From: Candidatus Sumerlaeia bacterium
GTDB taxonomy: Bacteria > Sumerlaeota > Sumerlaeia > SLMS01 > JANRJK01
DNA length: 64,000 bases
Direction of reading: 5' to 3'
Assembly: GCA_033764015.1 (NCBI GenBank)
Contig: JANRJK010000013.1
Span: 128,001 to 192,000 of the forward strand
The position numbers were made by a program, and so were the translations under genes. Below are positions 37,537-46,014 of the stretch, in pieces; within the stretch, counting starts at the first letter, position 1, and every line of letters begins with the position of its first letter. Under the pieces are notes generated by a model. It worked only from the letters and a program-made list of their open reading frames with translations, ran no database searches and was not told where the DNA came from.

Positions 37537-39662
37537 CAGGGCTTCTCCTCGAGGAGGCGCCCGATGAGTGCGAGGCGCCGCTCGACCAGTTCCTCCATTT
37601 GGGCGCCCCCGCGCAAGCGCCGGCAGCGGAGGAACGCGTCGCGGGCCTCGGGCAGGCGGTGGAGGCCGAGGAGCGCCTCGGCGAACTGGGCGCCGTGGGC
37701 GGCGTTGTCGGGATCGAGGCGGAGCGCCCACTCGGCGGCGGCGAGCGCCTCGGGGAAGCGGGCGGCGAGGTTCAGGTTCTCCGCCAGGAGAGCGAACGCG
37801 GAGGCGTCCGCGGGGTTGGCCTGGCACAGGGTGGCGGCGGCGGCGAGCGCGAGGGCCGGTTCGCCTTCCCAGCCGCCGCGGCGGGCCGCCTCTCGGAGCA
37901 GGAACGTGTTCGAGGGGAAGCGTTCGAGCGCGGAGCGGAGTTGCGCCGGCGAGGGGTTGTCGGTCGCGAGGCCGGCGGCTCCGGCGAGGAAGCGGCGCAC
38001 CGCCGCGCGCGTCTCGCGCGAACCGTCCGGAACCAGGAAGAGCGGCTGTTCGCCCGCGGCCCAGGCGGCGACCGTGGGCGCGAGGCCGCGCTTGCCGCGG
38101 AGCGCGTCCGCCGCGAGCGCGGCGGGGTTCGCGAGTGCGTAGCCCCCCGCGGCGGCGTCGTCGCCCGCGAGGTCGATGCCGGGCGTCTCGGCGGGCCATA
38201 GGAGCGTCGCGTCGGCGCGTGCGCGGGCCTCGCGCACCACGAGTCCGGTGATGGCGAGGAACAGCGCGGGCGACTGGTCGCGGCCCAGCCGGGGCGCGCC
38301 GGCGAGCGCGGCGTCGAGCAGCTCGAGCGCGGGCAGCCCGCGCGCCTCCTGCGGCAGCGTCGCGCGGAACGCGGAATCGAGCGACGCGTCGAGCAGCGCT
38401 CCGAGCGAATCCATGAGCGCGGGCTCCGGCAGCGCGGCGAGGCGCCACTGCCGCGCCTGGCGCTCGACGAGTCCCGGCGGCGCCGCCTCCTCCAACGCGG
38501 CGTCGAGCAGCGGGACGATCCGCCCCCAGCGGTCGCGGAAGAACGCGTCGCGGGCGCCAAGTCCGTCGGTCGCGGCGGAGAGCGCGGCGGCGTCGGCGAG
38601 GAAGAGCGTGGCGGCGTCCTTGGCGGGGAACCCGGCGATGTACGCGACCTGGCCCTGCGATGCGCCGAGCGCGGCCACGGGCCACGCGCAAAGCGTCCGT
38701 TCGGGGCCGTCCGCGGCGAGATCGCGCCCCATCAGCGTTCCGGTGTCGACGCCGCGGCGCGGCTTGCGGATCCAGAACAGCGTGCTGCCGGTCGCGGCGG
38801 GGGAGAGGTCGATCCCGTCGAGCGTCCGCGTGAGCGGTTCGAGCACCCGTCCGTCCTCCACCTCGAGAAGCGGCGCGGGGTCGGGGTCGATCTGGTAGTC
38901 GAGCCGCAGGTGCGCCCACTGGAGGTCCGCCTCCGGCAGCGTGCCGAGCGCGGCGAAGCGCGCGGCGTCCCAGGCGGGCGACTCCTCGGCGAGCGTTTCG
39001 AGCGGCAGCAGCGTCGGGAGCACGTAGATGCGGCGCTCCGTCCCCGCCTGCCAGTCGATGATCTCGCGCTGGAGCAGCAGCGAATCCGCGGTTCGCCACG
39101 CCGCGACGCGGAGGTCGCGGTTGGGCGGGCTGTAGCGCGCGAGCGGCGCGAGATCCGCGGAGTCGAGCACGAGCACTTCCGGCGACTCGTTGCGGACCAC
39201 CAGGACGCGGGCGCCGGAGGCGTCCGCGGCGAGCGTCGAGACGCGCCCGTCGAGTATGCGCTGGCCGGAGCGCGCCTCGATGAGGCCGTCCGCGCCGCCA
39301 AGGAGCACGCGCGCCGTGGCGCCGGGCATCGGCAGCACTTCGAACGGGCCCTGCGACGGGTCCAACGTCGCGATCGTTACCCCGATGGGCTGCGTTCGCG
39401 GAGCCGGCCAGTCGGCTGGCGGCGCGGGGAGCGGTGCCAAGTCGTCCGGAAGCGGCACGCGCCGGTACACAAGCTCACCGTCGCGCAGCAAGGCGACCGA
39501 ATCGGTCGTCAGCGCCTCGCCGCGGGCGACCAGGTCCGCCACCCCGGCCGGCTCGCCGGGCGCGCCAAGGGCGGAGGCGGATAGCCAGGCGGCGGCGAGG
39601 GCGTGCTTAGTACGGCGGCTTGCCGTCTTCCTCGTCGTCGTCGTCGTCACCGGCCAGCCCAT
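37536..39662 (-). CDS. Hypothetical secreted protein with beta-propeller-like region and C-terminal TPR
   Basis: Signal-like N-terminus, TPR-like C-terminus; lies between the AAA ATPase and acpS with overlapping ends; start uncertain. Confidence 0.65.
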   Translation of the reverse strand: MGWPVTTTTTRKTASRRTKHALAAAWLSASALGAPGEPAGVADLVARGEALTTDSVALLRDGELVYRRVPLPDDLAPLPAPPADWPAPRTQPIGVTIATLDPSQGPFEVLPMPGATARVLLGGADGLIEARSGQRILDGRVSTLAADASGARVLVVRNESPEVLVLDSADLAPLARYSPPNRDLRVAAWRTADSLLLQREIIDWQAGTERRIYVLPTLLPLETLAEESPAWDAARFAALGTLPEADLQWAHLRLDYQIDPDPAPLLEVEDGRVLEPLTRTLDGIDLSPAATGSTLFWIRKPRRGVDTGTLMGRDLAADGPERTLCAWPVAALGASQGQVAYIAGFPAKDAATLFLADAAALSAATDGLGARDAFFRDRWGRIVPLLDAALEEAAPPGLVERQARQWRLAALPEPALMDSLGALLDASLDSAFRATLPQEARGLPALELLDAALAGAPRLGRDQSPALFLAITGLVVREARARADATLLWPAETPGIDLAGDDAAAGGYALANPAALAADALRGKRGLAPTVAAWAAGEQPLFLVPDGSRETRAAVRRFLAGAAGLATDNPSPAQLRSALERFPSNTFLLREAARRGGWEGEPALALAAAATLCQANPADASAFALLAENLNLAARFPEALAAAEWALRLDPDNAAHGAQFAEALLGLHRLPEARDAFLRCRRLRGGAQMEELVERRLALIGRLLEEKP

Positions 39663-40614
39663 CCTCGAAAACCTCGTCGTCCTCTTGGTCCTCTTCCGTC
39701 AGCTCCGCGCCGAGCCCTTCGAGGAATCGGCGCATCTCCTCCTCCGGCGACACCTCGCGGACGGCCCCCTTCACGCGCTGGTCCGTGCCGCCCGACTCGA
39801 CGAACTCGAGACCCTCCTCGCCGAGGATCGCCTCGACCGCTTCGAGCAGGAAACCCTCCGGCGCGCCTTCCTTGAGGCGCCCCATCTTGAGCGCGTAGCG
39901 GACGATGTGGACGCCGTCGCGGCTGGTGAAGGGCAGGTTGCGGCGATGGGCCTTCTGGAGGAAGTCCGTGACGTACTCGAGCAGCGAGTCCGGCGCGAGC
40001 GGCACCGCGAAGTGCAGGATCTCCAGCTCCTCCTGGCGCGACGGGAAGCCCACCTCGATGATCGGCTTCAGGCGCGACTGGATGTACTCGGGCACGTCGT
40101 AGGTCGACGTGTCCTCGTTCATGGTGACGCAAATCCGGAAGTCCGGCGCGGCGGGGATCTTGATGCCGGCGACGATGGACTCGACGTAGCGGCGGGCGTC
40201 AAGCAGCGGCGCCAGCGACGCCCAGCTCTTTTCGCCCATGCGGTTCGCTTCGTCCAGGATGCAGACCCCTCCGACGATCATCGCGGTCACCAGGCCGCTG
40301 GCGTGGTACGCGACGCGCCCCTCCGCGTTGAGCACCGGCGTCACGAGTAGGTCCTCGGGCCGGGTGTCCATGGTGCACTGCACGATGAAGACCGGGCGGC
40401 CGAGCTGGCGCGCGACGGAGTAGCCGAGCGTGGTCTTGCCGACGCCGGGCTTGCCGACAACGCGCGGGTTGAGCGGCACATCGCCCTCGCCGATCACCAG
40501 CCACGAAGCAAGGAGCTGTTCGAGCACCTCGCGCGAGCCGATCCAGCGCAGCGGTAGCGAATCCTCCACCGCGAGCGTGAGTTCGACGCCTTCAATCGTG
40601 TGTTTGCGGGTCAT
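39607..40614 (-). CDS. MoxR/CbbQ-like AAA+ ATPase
   Basis: GKPGVGKT, ILDEANR, FRICVTMN, SRL; acidic tail. Confidence 0.88.
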   Translation of the reverse strand: MTRKHTIEGVELTLAVEDSLPLRWIGSREVLEQLLASWLVIGEGDVPLNPRVVGKPGVGKTTLGYSVARQLGRPVFIVQCTMDTRPEDLLVTPVLNAEGRVAYHASGLVTAMIVGGVCILDEANRMGEKSWASLAPLLDARRYVESIVAGIKIPAAPDFRICVTMNEDTSTYDVPEYIQSRLKPIIEVGFPSRQEELEILHFAVPLAPDSLLEYVTDFLQKAHRRNLPFTSRDGVHIVRYALKMGRLKEGAPEGFLLEAVEAILGEEGLEFVESGGTDQRVKGAVREVSPEEEMRRFLEGLGAELTEEDQEDDEVFEDGLAGDDDDDEEDGKPPY

Positions 40615-40693
40615 GCGGGCCTCCGGACCGGATCAGTCCGGGGCAAGGGCACCACGGCGGGCGCGGGGTGGCAAGGGAGCGCTTGCCCGGCGA

Positions 40694-40866
40694 TCAGCGC
40701 AGGGCGCGCTCGAACACCTCGAAGCAGCGGTAGCCGAACTCGCGGGCGGCTCGCTGCTGGTCGGGGTAGCCGAACGCGTCCTCCCAGCCTTCCTGCCCGG
40801 CGCGCGCCAAGCGCAGTCCCAGACGAAGCGGAAGGAAACCGCGCCGGGGTTGACGACGAGCTTCCC
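40694..40866 (-). pseudogene. Frameshifted duplicate of the 3' part of gene 42479-42916
   Basis: VVNPGAVSFRFVWDCAWRA and QEGWEDAFGYPDQQRAAREFGYRCFEVFER lie in different frames; net 2 extra nt near 40798-40808; no 5' half. Confidence 0.85.
40707..40833. repeat. Direct repeat copy 1 (partner 42492-42616)
   Basis: 74-nt identical core: 40716-40789 = 42501-42574. Confidence 0.95.
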
Positions 40867-40943
40867 GTTCCAACCCCGACGGCAGTGGATCGAGCTGAAA
40901 GGAGCATCGAGATCGCCCACTTGAAGAGTCGACAGATCCAACG

Positions 40944-40978
40944 AAAAAAACCTTGACGGGGGGGGGGAGGGGCACGAT
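40944..40978 (+). promoter_or_regulatory. Candidate promoter with a G10 tract in the spacer
   Basis: A7 at 40944-40950, TTGACG at 40953-40958, G10 at 40958-40967, CACGAT at 40973-40978 (14-nt spacer). Confidence 0.45.
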
Positions 40979-40999
40979 GCCCTTAGAAAGGACAAGCTT

Positions 41000-41446
41000 A
41001 TGTGTGCAGCCAACCTCAACCCTCTCCGGGTGCTTCTGGCCGCTACGGCGCTTCTTGCCCTCGCCGGCGCTGGAGTCCCCGACACTCCGTACTACGAAGG
41101 GGCGAAGTGTAACGGGGTAAACCCTTGTGTCCCTAGTTCACAGCCCTGTAATTGTTATGAAGCAAGTACCGGTTCTTGCGGCTCGACCCAGCCGACAGCA
41201 TGTAGCCCTTTCACCGGAAATGTGACCAGTGGCATCGGTGCGAATTGCGGGAGTACCACGTTGGATTTGGCTTGTCAGTCATACACGTCGCCAACGGAGT
41301 TCCCTTGCCTATACGCAGCCAACTGTAGGCGGCGGAAGGATCAAAATGGTGTTTACTACTGCGTACTGACGCCAACCACTACTCCCATAGCATGGGCTAC
41401 AAATGTGTGTATAACTCTACTTCCTTCAGGAGGAGGACTCGAGTGA
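41000..41446 (+). CDS. Small secreted cysteine-rich protein (12 Cys in the mature part)
   Basis: AAAGGA RBS; signal peptide; many A/T-ending codons unlike the flanking genes. Confidence 0.8.
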   Translation: MCAANLNPLRVLLAATALLALAGAGVPDTPYYEGAKCNGVNPCVPSSQPCNCYEASTGSCGSTQPTACSPFTGNVTSGIGANCGSTTLDLACQSYTSPTEFPCLYAANCRRRKDQNGVYYCVLTPTTTPIAWATNVCITLLPSGGGLE

Positions 41447-42387
41447 TGCCTAACCCGCGTGTCAACAACTACTTGGCGATTGCGAGTGCCGCGATCCTGC
41501 TTCGTGGAGCCACTCTGGTGGCGCAACCATCTCCGACACCGTCCGCGACAGACGTAGTAGCCCTGACAGTACGTGAGACTAGCACCAAGTACAGCGTTGT
41601 GATTCGCGACTACTCTGCCGGCACTTTGGTTTCCGAAGCGTCTGGGGAGGTCTGTGTTCGATTGGCAGGAGTTCACTCTGCGGTTCTCTTCCAATATCAC
41701 TTACCAGGCAGCAGCACGGAGTCGCTGAGGCGGCTTGGGCCCACACTAGCATGGTTCTACGAATCGGGCGTTTTGGTCGGTGCCTTCGATGGCACACGCG
41801 TCGTACACCCAGATTCCTCGCCTTCGCACCCGCTTCCTTTCATTCCGATCATCGAAACGGATTTGCGTCAAAGTCGGGGGCCGGATGGATCGATTCGAAC
41901 TGCCCAGCAAACTGAACGCTTCATCGAAGAGTCGGTTCGAGGGCAACTGTCCGAGGTGGTAGCGGATACACCGCTTCTTTACGATGTTCGCGGACGGACT
42001 GTCGTTAGCTTTGGAAATGGCTTTTCTACTTTTGGCGGCATTCGCTCAGAGTTTGAGGACGGGAGCGGACTCCTAAAGCGCCAGGTTGGGTACACGGTTG
42101 TGACGACGCCGAGCGGATCGACAGTAGAATTTCCAGACCACACACTTGAGATCGAGCGCGAGGACGGGTTCCTCACTTCACGCGCCATTTGCAGATTCTA
42201 CGAGTCGCCCATGGAGTACCTTGGAATTAGCTTGGACAACGCGGGCGACGCAGAAGCGAGACGACTGCACACCCTCAGACCAGAATTTCTCATGGCGCAG
42301 GAGGCCGCTGTGGACATCAAGGGACTGCGTGACATCGACGACCTACCAGTCTCCCTAAGCCAATTTCAGGCGCTCGTGGATGGATAG
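41446..42387 (+). CDS. Hypothetical secreted protein, translationally coupled to the Cys-rich protein
   Basis: GGAGGAGG RBS, TGATG stop/start overlap, signal-like N-terminus, atypical codon usage. Confidence 0.75.
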   Translation: MPNPRVNNYLAIASAAILLRGATLVAQPSPTPSATDVVALTVRETSTKYSVVIRDYSAGTLVSEASGEVCVRLAGVHSAVLFQYHLPGSSTESLRRLGPTLAWFYESGVLVGAFDGTRVVHPDSSPSHPLPFIPIIETDLRQSRGPDGSIRTAQQTERFIEESVRGQLSEVVADTPLLYDVRGRTVVSFGNGFSTFGGIRSEFEDGSGLLKRQVGYTVVTTPSGSTVEFPDHTLEIEREDGFLTSRAICRFYESPMEYLGISLDNAGDAEARRLHTLRPEFLMAQEAAVDIKGLRDIDDLPVSLSQFQALVDG

Positions 42388-42417
42388 GCGAAGTCGACCA
42401 TAAATGATTTCAACTAT

Positions 42418-42452
42418 AGATCCCCCCTGAGGCACCGCCTCGGGGGAGATCT
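42418..42452. terminator. Hairpin between convergent genes at the islet edge
   Basis: AGATCCCCCCTGAGGC-ACC-GCCTCGGGGGAGATCT, imperfect stem. Confidence 0.6.
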
Positions 42453-42478
42453 TCTGTCCGGCCTTGAAAGGGACTCTC

Positions 42479-42916
42479 TTAGCCGACGGTCCGCTCGAAA
42501 ACCTCGAAGCAGCGGTAGCCGAACTCGCGGGCGGCTCGCTGCTGGTCGGGGTAGCCGAACGCGTCCTCCCAGCCCTCCTGCCGAGCCCGCCAGGCGCAGT
42601 CCCAGACGAAGCGGAACTCGATCTCGCCCGGATTCACGACGGCCTTTCCACGGTAGTCGGAGCAGCCACTCTCGCCGTCGACCCGCACCGAGTCGATCGC
42701 CAGGCCCGGCGCGCGCTCAAGCAACCCCATGATCGCGCGCATTACCTTCACGGGAGGGTTGTGCCGACCGAACACGACCCGTTCGTTGGGGCGCTGGGTC
42801 TGGGCGAAGTGGACCACCGCCTCGCGGAACTCGCGGCTGGCCTTCGAGCTTTCGAGGAGCTCTTCAAGGGTGCCGATGCCGGGGAGGGCCTGCGGACGGG
42901 GCGAAAACAAGGACAT
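42479..42916 (-). CDS. Hypothetical protein (intact copy of the duplicated gene end)
   Basis: Globular-looking ORF with SGCSDY, FVWDCAWRA and GYPDQ motifs; GC-rich codon usage. Confidence 0.8.
   Translation of the reverse strand: MSLFSPRPQALPGIGTLEELLESSKASREFREAVVHFAQTQRPNERVVFGRHNPPVKVMRAIMGLLERAPGLAIDSVRVDGESGCSDYRGKAVVNPGEIEFRFVWDCAWRARQEGWEDAFGYPDQQRAAREFGYRCFEVFERTVG
42492..42616. repeat. Direct repeat copy 2
   Basis: Matches 40707-40833. Confidence 0.95.
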
Positions 42917-42992
42917 TGCGGAGCTTTCGTGCGGAAGAGGTTGGCGCGGTCGGGCTTCCCGTTGCGGGTCCCACGCCATTGTAGGCAACGGC

Positions 42993-43040
42993 CTTGCCAC
43001 TTTGGCAAGCGTGGTATAGTAACAAATGGTTTATTTACTA
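42993..43040 (+). promoter_or_regulatory. Extended -10 promoter with two palindromes
   Basis: TGGTATAGT at 43012-43020; CTTGCCA-N3-TGGCAAG at 42993-43009; TAGTAA-N12-TTACTA at 43017-43040. Confidence 0.55.
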
Positions 43041-43097
43041 TTGACGCGCCGACCCCTACTCGGTCACACCACCCCATCGCCACCAGGAGCACCGGCC

Positions 43098-46010
43098 ATG
43101 ACCGCCACTCCGGAACTCAACGTCATCCTCCTTCGCCTCGACGCGCACGACTCGCGGATCGAGCAGCTTGAACGGCGCGTCCGCCGGTTGTCCGCCCTGA
43201 CGCCCCACGGACTGACGGTCGAGGACCACGCGCTCCCGGTCGAGGCGCCCCCGGTGGCGCCGTCCGCGCCGGTGCCCGCGCAGCCGGTCCCCGCGGACCC
43301 TGTGCCCGCTCCCGAGTGGACCCCGCCGCCGCCCCCGCTTCGCCCCGCCGCCGTCCCCGCCCCCGCGCTTGTGGCCGTGGCGGCCCCCGCGGAGCGGCCC
43401 GCCGCCGAGGCCTTCGAGCTCCGCCTCGCCACGCTGCTGCCCAAGGTCGGCGGCGCGCTGGTGGTGCTGGGGCTGGCGTTCCTCGCGGCGGTGGTGACGC
43501 CCCGGCTCGGGCCGCTGGGCAAGCTGGCGGGCGCCTACGCGCTTTGCGGCGCGCTCGTCGCGCTGGGGCGGGTGGTCCGGCGGCGGCACGAACTGGCGGG
43601 CCGGGCGACGGTGGCCACCGGCCTTGCGGTCGGCTTCTTCGCCTCCTACGCGGGGCACTTCGTCCAGGCGCTCGGCGTGCTGCCGCTCGGAGCGTCGCTG
43701 GTCGGCATGGCGGCGTTCTCCGCGGCGATCGTTTGGCTGGCGGAGCGCTGGCGTTCGGAGGCCACGGGCGTGTTCGGCTTCGCGCTGGCGCTGCTGGCGG
43801 TGCTGGCGTCGGCGCCGGCGGCGGGCATCTACGCGCCGGTCGGGGTGGTGGTGCTGGCGCTCGGCGCGGCGGCGCTCCTGCTGCGCAACGAGTGGCGCGC
43901 GCTCACGCTGCTTGCGCTCAGCGGCGCCTACGGCGCGTTGGGGCTGCTGCCGATGCTGGCGCCAGCGGTGCGCGATAGCGGACTCGGGCTCGCGGCGTGG
44001 TCGCTCGCGCTGGTGCACCTCGTGTTCGCGGCGGCGTTCCTCCGCTGGGGGCGCCGCTGGGTGGCGTTCGAGATGGCCGCGGAGGAAGCCCGCGGGCGCG
44101 AGGCGCTCCCCGAGGGACCCGTGGAAGGCGCCCCGTTCGGACGCGCCTTCGCGGTGCTGAACAGCGCGGGGCTGCTTGGCGTCGCGCTGTGGTACATGTC
44201 GGCGGCGGAGCTGTCCGCGCTGGAGCGCTCGCCCTGGTACATGGCGATCGCGCTCCTCGAGTGCGGCCGCATCGCGCTGCGCGTCCATCGCCGGGGCGGG
44301 CTGCTCGTGGTCCACGCGGCGTTCGCGCTGGGATTGGCGTCGGCGGCCGCGTCGGCCGGCTTGTCGAAGGGGGCTTCGGCGCCGGCGCTCGCCTCGCTCG
44401 CGCTGGGCGCGGTGCTGGCGGGATGGCTCGTTCGCGAGCTGCGCTGGCTGCGGTACCTCGCGGTGCCCGTCATGTTGATGGCGGGCTTCACCGCGCTGTC
44501 GATCCCCGGCGTGCCGACGCTTTCCGGCCAGGCGCTGCTGCTGCCGACAGCGGCGTTGCTGCTGGCGGCGGCGTGGCCGTGGGCGCGCACGCTCGGATCG
44601 CGCGCCGGAGGTGCGCCGGTTTCAATTGCGGGGCGGCTCTTGACCGCGGCGTCGATGCAGGTCGCGGGCCTCGCCGGTTCGGCGGTGCTCCTGCGCGGCA
44701 TGTACGACGCCGCCTCCGTCTCGCAAGCCCCGCAGGAATGGCCGCTCGCGGCGTTCCTCGCGCTTGCGCTTCCGGCGGGTGCCGTCGCGTTGCGGGCGCG
44801 CGGCTGGGCGCTCGGGGCAATGTCTTGCGGGGCGGTGTTCTGCGTGGGCGTCGCCTGGGACTTCTCCACCTCCGCACCGGCGGGAGCGCTTGTCGGGATG
44901 CTCGCGGCGGTCACCGCGATGCTGGGGCTGTGGAGCCTTCTCGCCACCCGCGCCGAGAACACGCTTGAGCGGGTTGCGATCGTGCTCCTGCTGCTGCTCC
45001 CGGGGTTGCTGGCGTTCATCGCGCTCACGGAAATCTTCGAAGAGTCGGCTGGTGTGGTGGCACACCGCGGGCTGCTCTTCAGTGCCGCCGCCGCCGCGTT
45101 CGGCGCAGCGTGGCTGGGGGTCGAACGCGCGGCCCGCTGGTGGGCGAGGATGGACGGCCTCGAAGCGCCCCCCTCAACGGCGCCGGCGCTCCTCTGGCAC
45201 GCCGGGTCCGCTGTCCTGCTCGCCGCGCTGGCCTTGGCGGGAGCGGTCGCCGACGCGCCCCGGACGCTGCTCGACGCGGCGGTGCTGGTTGCCGCCTTCG
45301 CGGTGGCGGCGGTTGCCGCGCCCCGGTTCTCCGCGCGCCATGGCGCGATGGCCGGAGCCGCCGCGGCGGGGGCTGCGGCGGTCACCGCGCTCGCGGCTGG
45401 CGTCTCCGCGCTGGGACCAACCGGCGCGGCGGTGCTGCCGTCGGCGATGCTGGCGGCGGCGGCGGTGGGCTACGGGCTCGTCGCCTCGCGCCGCGAGCTG
45501 GCGCTCACCGGCTCCGCCGTGCTGCTCGCGCAGACCTTCCTGCTGCCGTTCCTCCGGATCGACGCGACCGCTCCGCAAGCGCTCACGGTGGCGGCGCTGG
45601 GCCTTGTGGCGGGGGCGGCGCTCTTCGCCCGCGACGGCGCGCGCGGCGGCGACGACCGCGCGGCGCAGGGCCTCGGCGGGCTGCTCCTGCTGTTCGGCGG
45701 CGCGGCGGCGCTCTTCCTGCTCGGGCACCAGCCTTTCCTCCCGGGCTCGCTCGTGACGCTCGCCTGGGGCGCCCTCGCGGCGGGGCTGCTGGCCTCGGGC
45801 CTGCTGTTCCTGCGGAAGCCGCTCCGGCTCGCGGCGCTCGCGGTGTTCGCGTGCGCGGTCGCCCGCCTCCTGCTGGTGGACCTCGCGGGGCTCGACCTTC
45901 TGGCGAAGGGCGTCGCGGCGCTGGGCGTCGGGCTGCTGCTAGTGGGCGCGGGCGTCGGCTACGCCTACGCGGAGCGGAAGCTGCGCGAGGGCCTGCCGCC
46001 GCCGGAGTGA
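43098..46010 (+). CDS. DUF2339-like polytopic membrane protein
   Basis: AGGAG RBS; coiled N-terminus, Pro-rich linker, FELRLA..LPKVGG, many TM helices, RLLLVDL near the C-terminus. Confidence 0.82.
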   Translation: MTATPELNVILLRLDAHDSRIEQLERRVRRLSALTPHGLTVEDHALPVEAPPVAPSAPVPAQPVPADPVPAPEWTPPPPPLRPAAVPAPALVAVAAPAERPAAEAFELRLATLLPKVGGALVVLGLAFLAAVVTPRLGPLGKLAGAYALCGALVALGRVVRRRHELAGRATVATGLAVGFFASYAGHFVQALGVLPLGASLVGMAAFSAAIVWLAERWRSEATGVFGFALALLAVLASAPAAGIYAPVGVVVLALGAAALLLRNEWRALTLLALSGAYGALGLLPMLAPAVRDSGLGLAAWSLALVHLVFAAAFLRWGRRWVAFEMAAEEARGREALPEGPVEGAPFGRAFAVLNSAGLLGVALWYMSAAELSALERSPWYMAIALLECGRIALRVHRRGGLLVVHAAFALGLASAAASAGLSKGASAPALASLALGAVLAGWLVRELRWLRYLAVPVMLMAGFTALSIPGVPTLSGQALLLPTAALLLAAAWPWARTLGSRAGGAPVSIAGRLLTAASMQVAGLAGSAVLLRGMYDAASVSQAPQEWPLAAFLALALPAGAVALRARGWALGAMSCGAVFCVGVAWDFSTSAPAGALVGMLAAVTAMLGLWSLLATRAENTLERVAIVLLLLLPGLLAFIALTEIFEESAGVVAHRGLLFSAAAAAFGAAWLGVERAARWWARMDGLEAPPSTAPALLWHAGSAVLLAALALAGAVADAPRTLLDAAVLVAAFAVAAVAAPRFSARHGAMAGAAAAGAAAVTALAAGVSALGPTGAAVLPSAMLAAAAVGYGLVASRRELALTGSAVLLAQTFLLPFLRIDATAPQALTVAALGLVAGAALFARDGARGGDDRAAQGLGGLLLLFGGAAALFLLGHQPFLPGSLVTLAWGALAAGLLASGLLFLRKPLRLAALAVFACAVARLLLVDLAGLDLLAKGVAALGVGLLLVGAGVGYAYAERKLREGLPPPE

Positions 46011-46014
46011 GCCG

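Noticed and set aside
41000..41446. RiPP (lanthipeptide, sactipeptide or ranthipeptide) precursor
   Set aside because: It has a Sec-type signal peptide and no adjacent maturase or transporter; the only radical SAM enzyme in the window is RlmN
40707..42616. DGR template/variable repeat pair, IS element or prophage
   Set aside because: No reverse transcriptase, transposase or integrase in the window; differences include an indel and are not adenine-specific
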